Source: Podarcis bocagei (Eukaryota). Taken from it: a stretch of 64,000 nt of DNA. How positions within the stretch are numbered: position 1 is the stretch's first letter; every line of letters begins with the position of its first letter. The DNA is taken from assembly GCA_964188305.1 (NCBI GenBank), contig OZ076888.1, one strand, 5' to 3'. Under the pieces are notes generated by a model. It worked only from the letters and a program-made list of their open reading frames with translations, ran no database searches and was not told the origin of the DNA. This document shows, in pieces, positions 62,231 to 64,000 of this stretch. The position numbers were made by a program, and so were the translations under genes.

Positions 62231-64000
62231 TATTCCCCTTCGCCTCTCTGTTCTGATGACCTATCTTTTGTCTGTGGGGAGAAATAACTTGCTGTTTGTG
62301 TGCTTTACAAAAAAGATTGTCCAAATGGATGAGCAGAGAGAAATTGCTTGCTTAAAACACTACAGTGGAAGGAGCGGTCCAGGTACGCATGAAATGGTTT
62401 GGGGGTGAGGAGAGAATTGAGAATGTTGAACATCCGAAACTTGGTGAACTATGCTCGCACAGTCTAGGAATAGAGAGGGGAAGAAGGGTACCTATTTGAA
62501 TTGTCGTAATAGGTGATGAAATCTGGGATGAGCCTGCTGTAAAAGAGCCTAGGAAATAATTTAACGCTGCAAACCTAAACACCAGCGGAGCAATCCAAAC
62601 CCACTTTGTGTTGGTCCGAGAGGGGTGCTTCTCAGCTGGCCTATGTCTTTGGCTGCTGTTGTTGGTGTCATTCCCTGGTGCGTAGCTCCCTCTCCCACCT
62701 GCCCAATGAAGTGCCCCTGGTGAGATCCCCGACGACAGTCAGTGGAAAGGCACACATTATGCAGTGGCATCAGTTCAGTCACTGTGCCAGCTGCAGCCTG
62801 GCATTGCCTCCCACCCAAGCCAATACACCCAGCAGGGGTGTCTTTGCCCCATCACTCTGTAAAGCCCAACAAGGCTTGAGGGGCATTTGCTTCCTTTGGG
62901 AGTAGTGCCATAAAACTCAGTAGGACCTCAGCACAACCCTGCAGACATTTAATTTGAATAAAAAGAATAAGAATAGGTATGGCAAGCTCTGGGATTTTTT
63001 AAATGTAAGAACTAATATACAAAGCCAACCCACCCAAGAAAAGGGTGAAGTGTAGAAAAGCTCCAGAAGCTTTAGCTGCTCAGGGAGAAATAATGCCCAA
63101 TTTACCTGTCTGTTTTCCCCTGCAAGAGATTTATTTCTTCTTCCCATTGGCCGGCAGTCCTGAAAAGGTGAGAGAAATGATGAAGCTAGTCTTAAATTTG
63201 CCTGTGGTTGATTGCAGAGGCCAGACTTTCCTGTTTCTCAGAATGCTGCATTACTTCATGTTTCCAGTTTCATTGTTCCCTCTGTCTGTTGCACTTGAAT
63301 CGATGCTTTATGTCCCTGCTACAGAAATTTGTTCATGTACTGTCAGAAATGCACAGTATTATTTCCCAGCAAACTCTTGCCTGAAGGACTTTCTCAAATC
63401 AAGGTTTCATATTGAAAGGGACTTCTGAAGTGTGTTTGAAGCATGGCAGTGCTGTGTTAGATTGATGGGAACATGAAGATGTGCGCATATTGTGTTTTTG
63501 TGTTTCTCTAATAGTCCCGCTTTTTTAGCTATCCGCAAATTAAGTCCTCTCTTGGAATTGTGGTTTTCCAAGGTCTGTGGGCGAAATCAAACAGCCACAT
63601 TCATTACACAAAAGCAGTGCCATCAAGTAACAATTTGCATGCTATGTTCCTTTTAGCAACAATCTTCGATCCTTTGTTTCGCTTGATGTCTACATTGGTG
63701 ATTGTGGCTTGAGTCCCTTCAAACAAACCATGATCTGAAAGGCGAGTTTTCTTCTTACCAGTTGTGGTTTGTTTGAATGGAAGAAACCATGATCCCATGA
63801 AGGATGGTGGTTTGTTTCCTTCTGCCTGCAGGAGCCGTTTACATTAACTTGCTTGCACATGTAGCCGCACTGTCAGTAGCAACAATTTAATGTGTTCAAG
63901 TGTGAGTGTGAAATAATGGACAGACTGCATGTACGATTCGGCCCTGAACCTGGTGATTGCATTCACTACCATACTATATATGCGGATAGGGGGATGGCAT

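Noticed and set aside
62580-62890. GC-richer segment with short ORFs downstream of WDFY1
   Set aside because: No recognisable protein motif or splice structure; possibly an old repeat fragment I cannot classify

Overview
Vertebrate nuclear DNA, a squamate (probably lacertid lizard) judging by Sauria-type SINEs, L2/CR1/RTE LINE fragments and hAT/Tc1-mariner MITEs. Two intact + strand genes were reconstructed exon by exon from GT-AG sites. SERPINE2 (protease nexin-1) has 8 coding exons at 4969-27814 (1191 nt, 396 aa; the non-coding first exon is probably upstream of the window). WDFY1 has 12 coding exons at 36484-59450 (1233 nt, 410 aa), a CpG-island promoter and one U12-type intron. The most unusual object is a very young Ty1/copia insertion (11692-18419) in a SERPINE2 intron, in sense orientation. 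It is LTR-internal-LTR-partial internal-LTR tip inside one 5-bp TSD (CAAAC). Its LTRs end TG...GA rather than TG...CA, its half-tRNA(iMet) primer site appears split by 9 nt, its RT catalytic core is deleted, and the second unit ends at a 7-bp microhomology junction. Also notable are a 75-bp-arm hairpin in the last SERPINE2 intron and the apparent absence of MRPL44 between SERPINE2 and WDFY1. I see no evidence for a wholly new gene system; the novelty lies in retroelement architecture. All comparisons were made by eye, and boundaries of old repeats are approximate.
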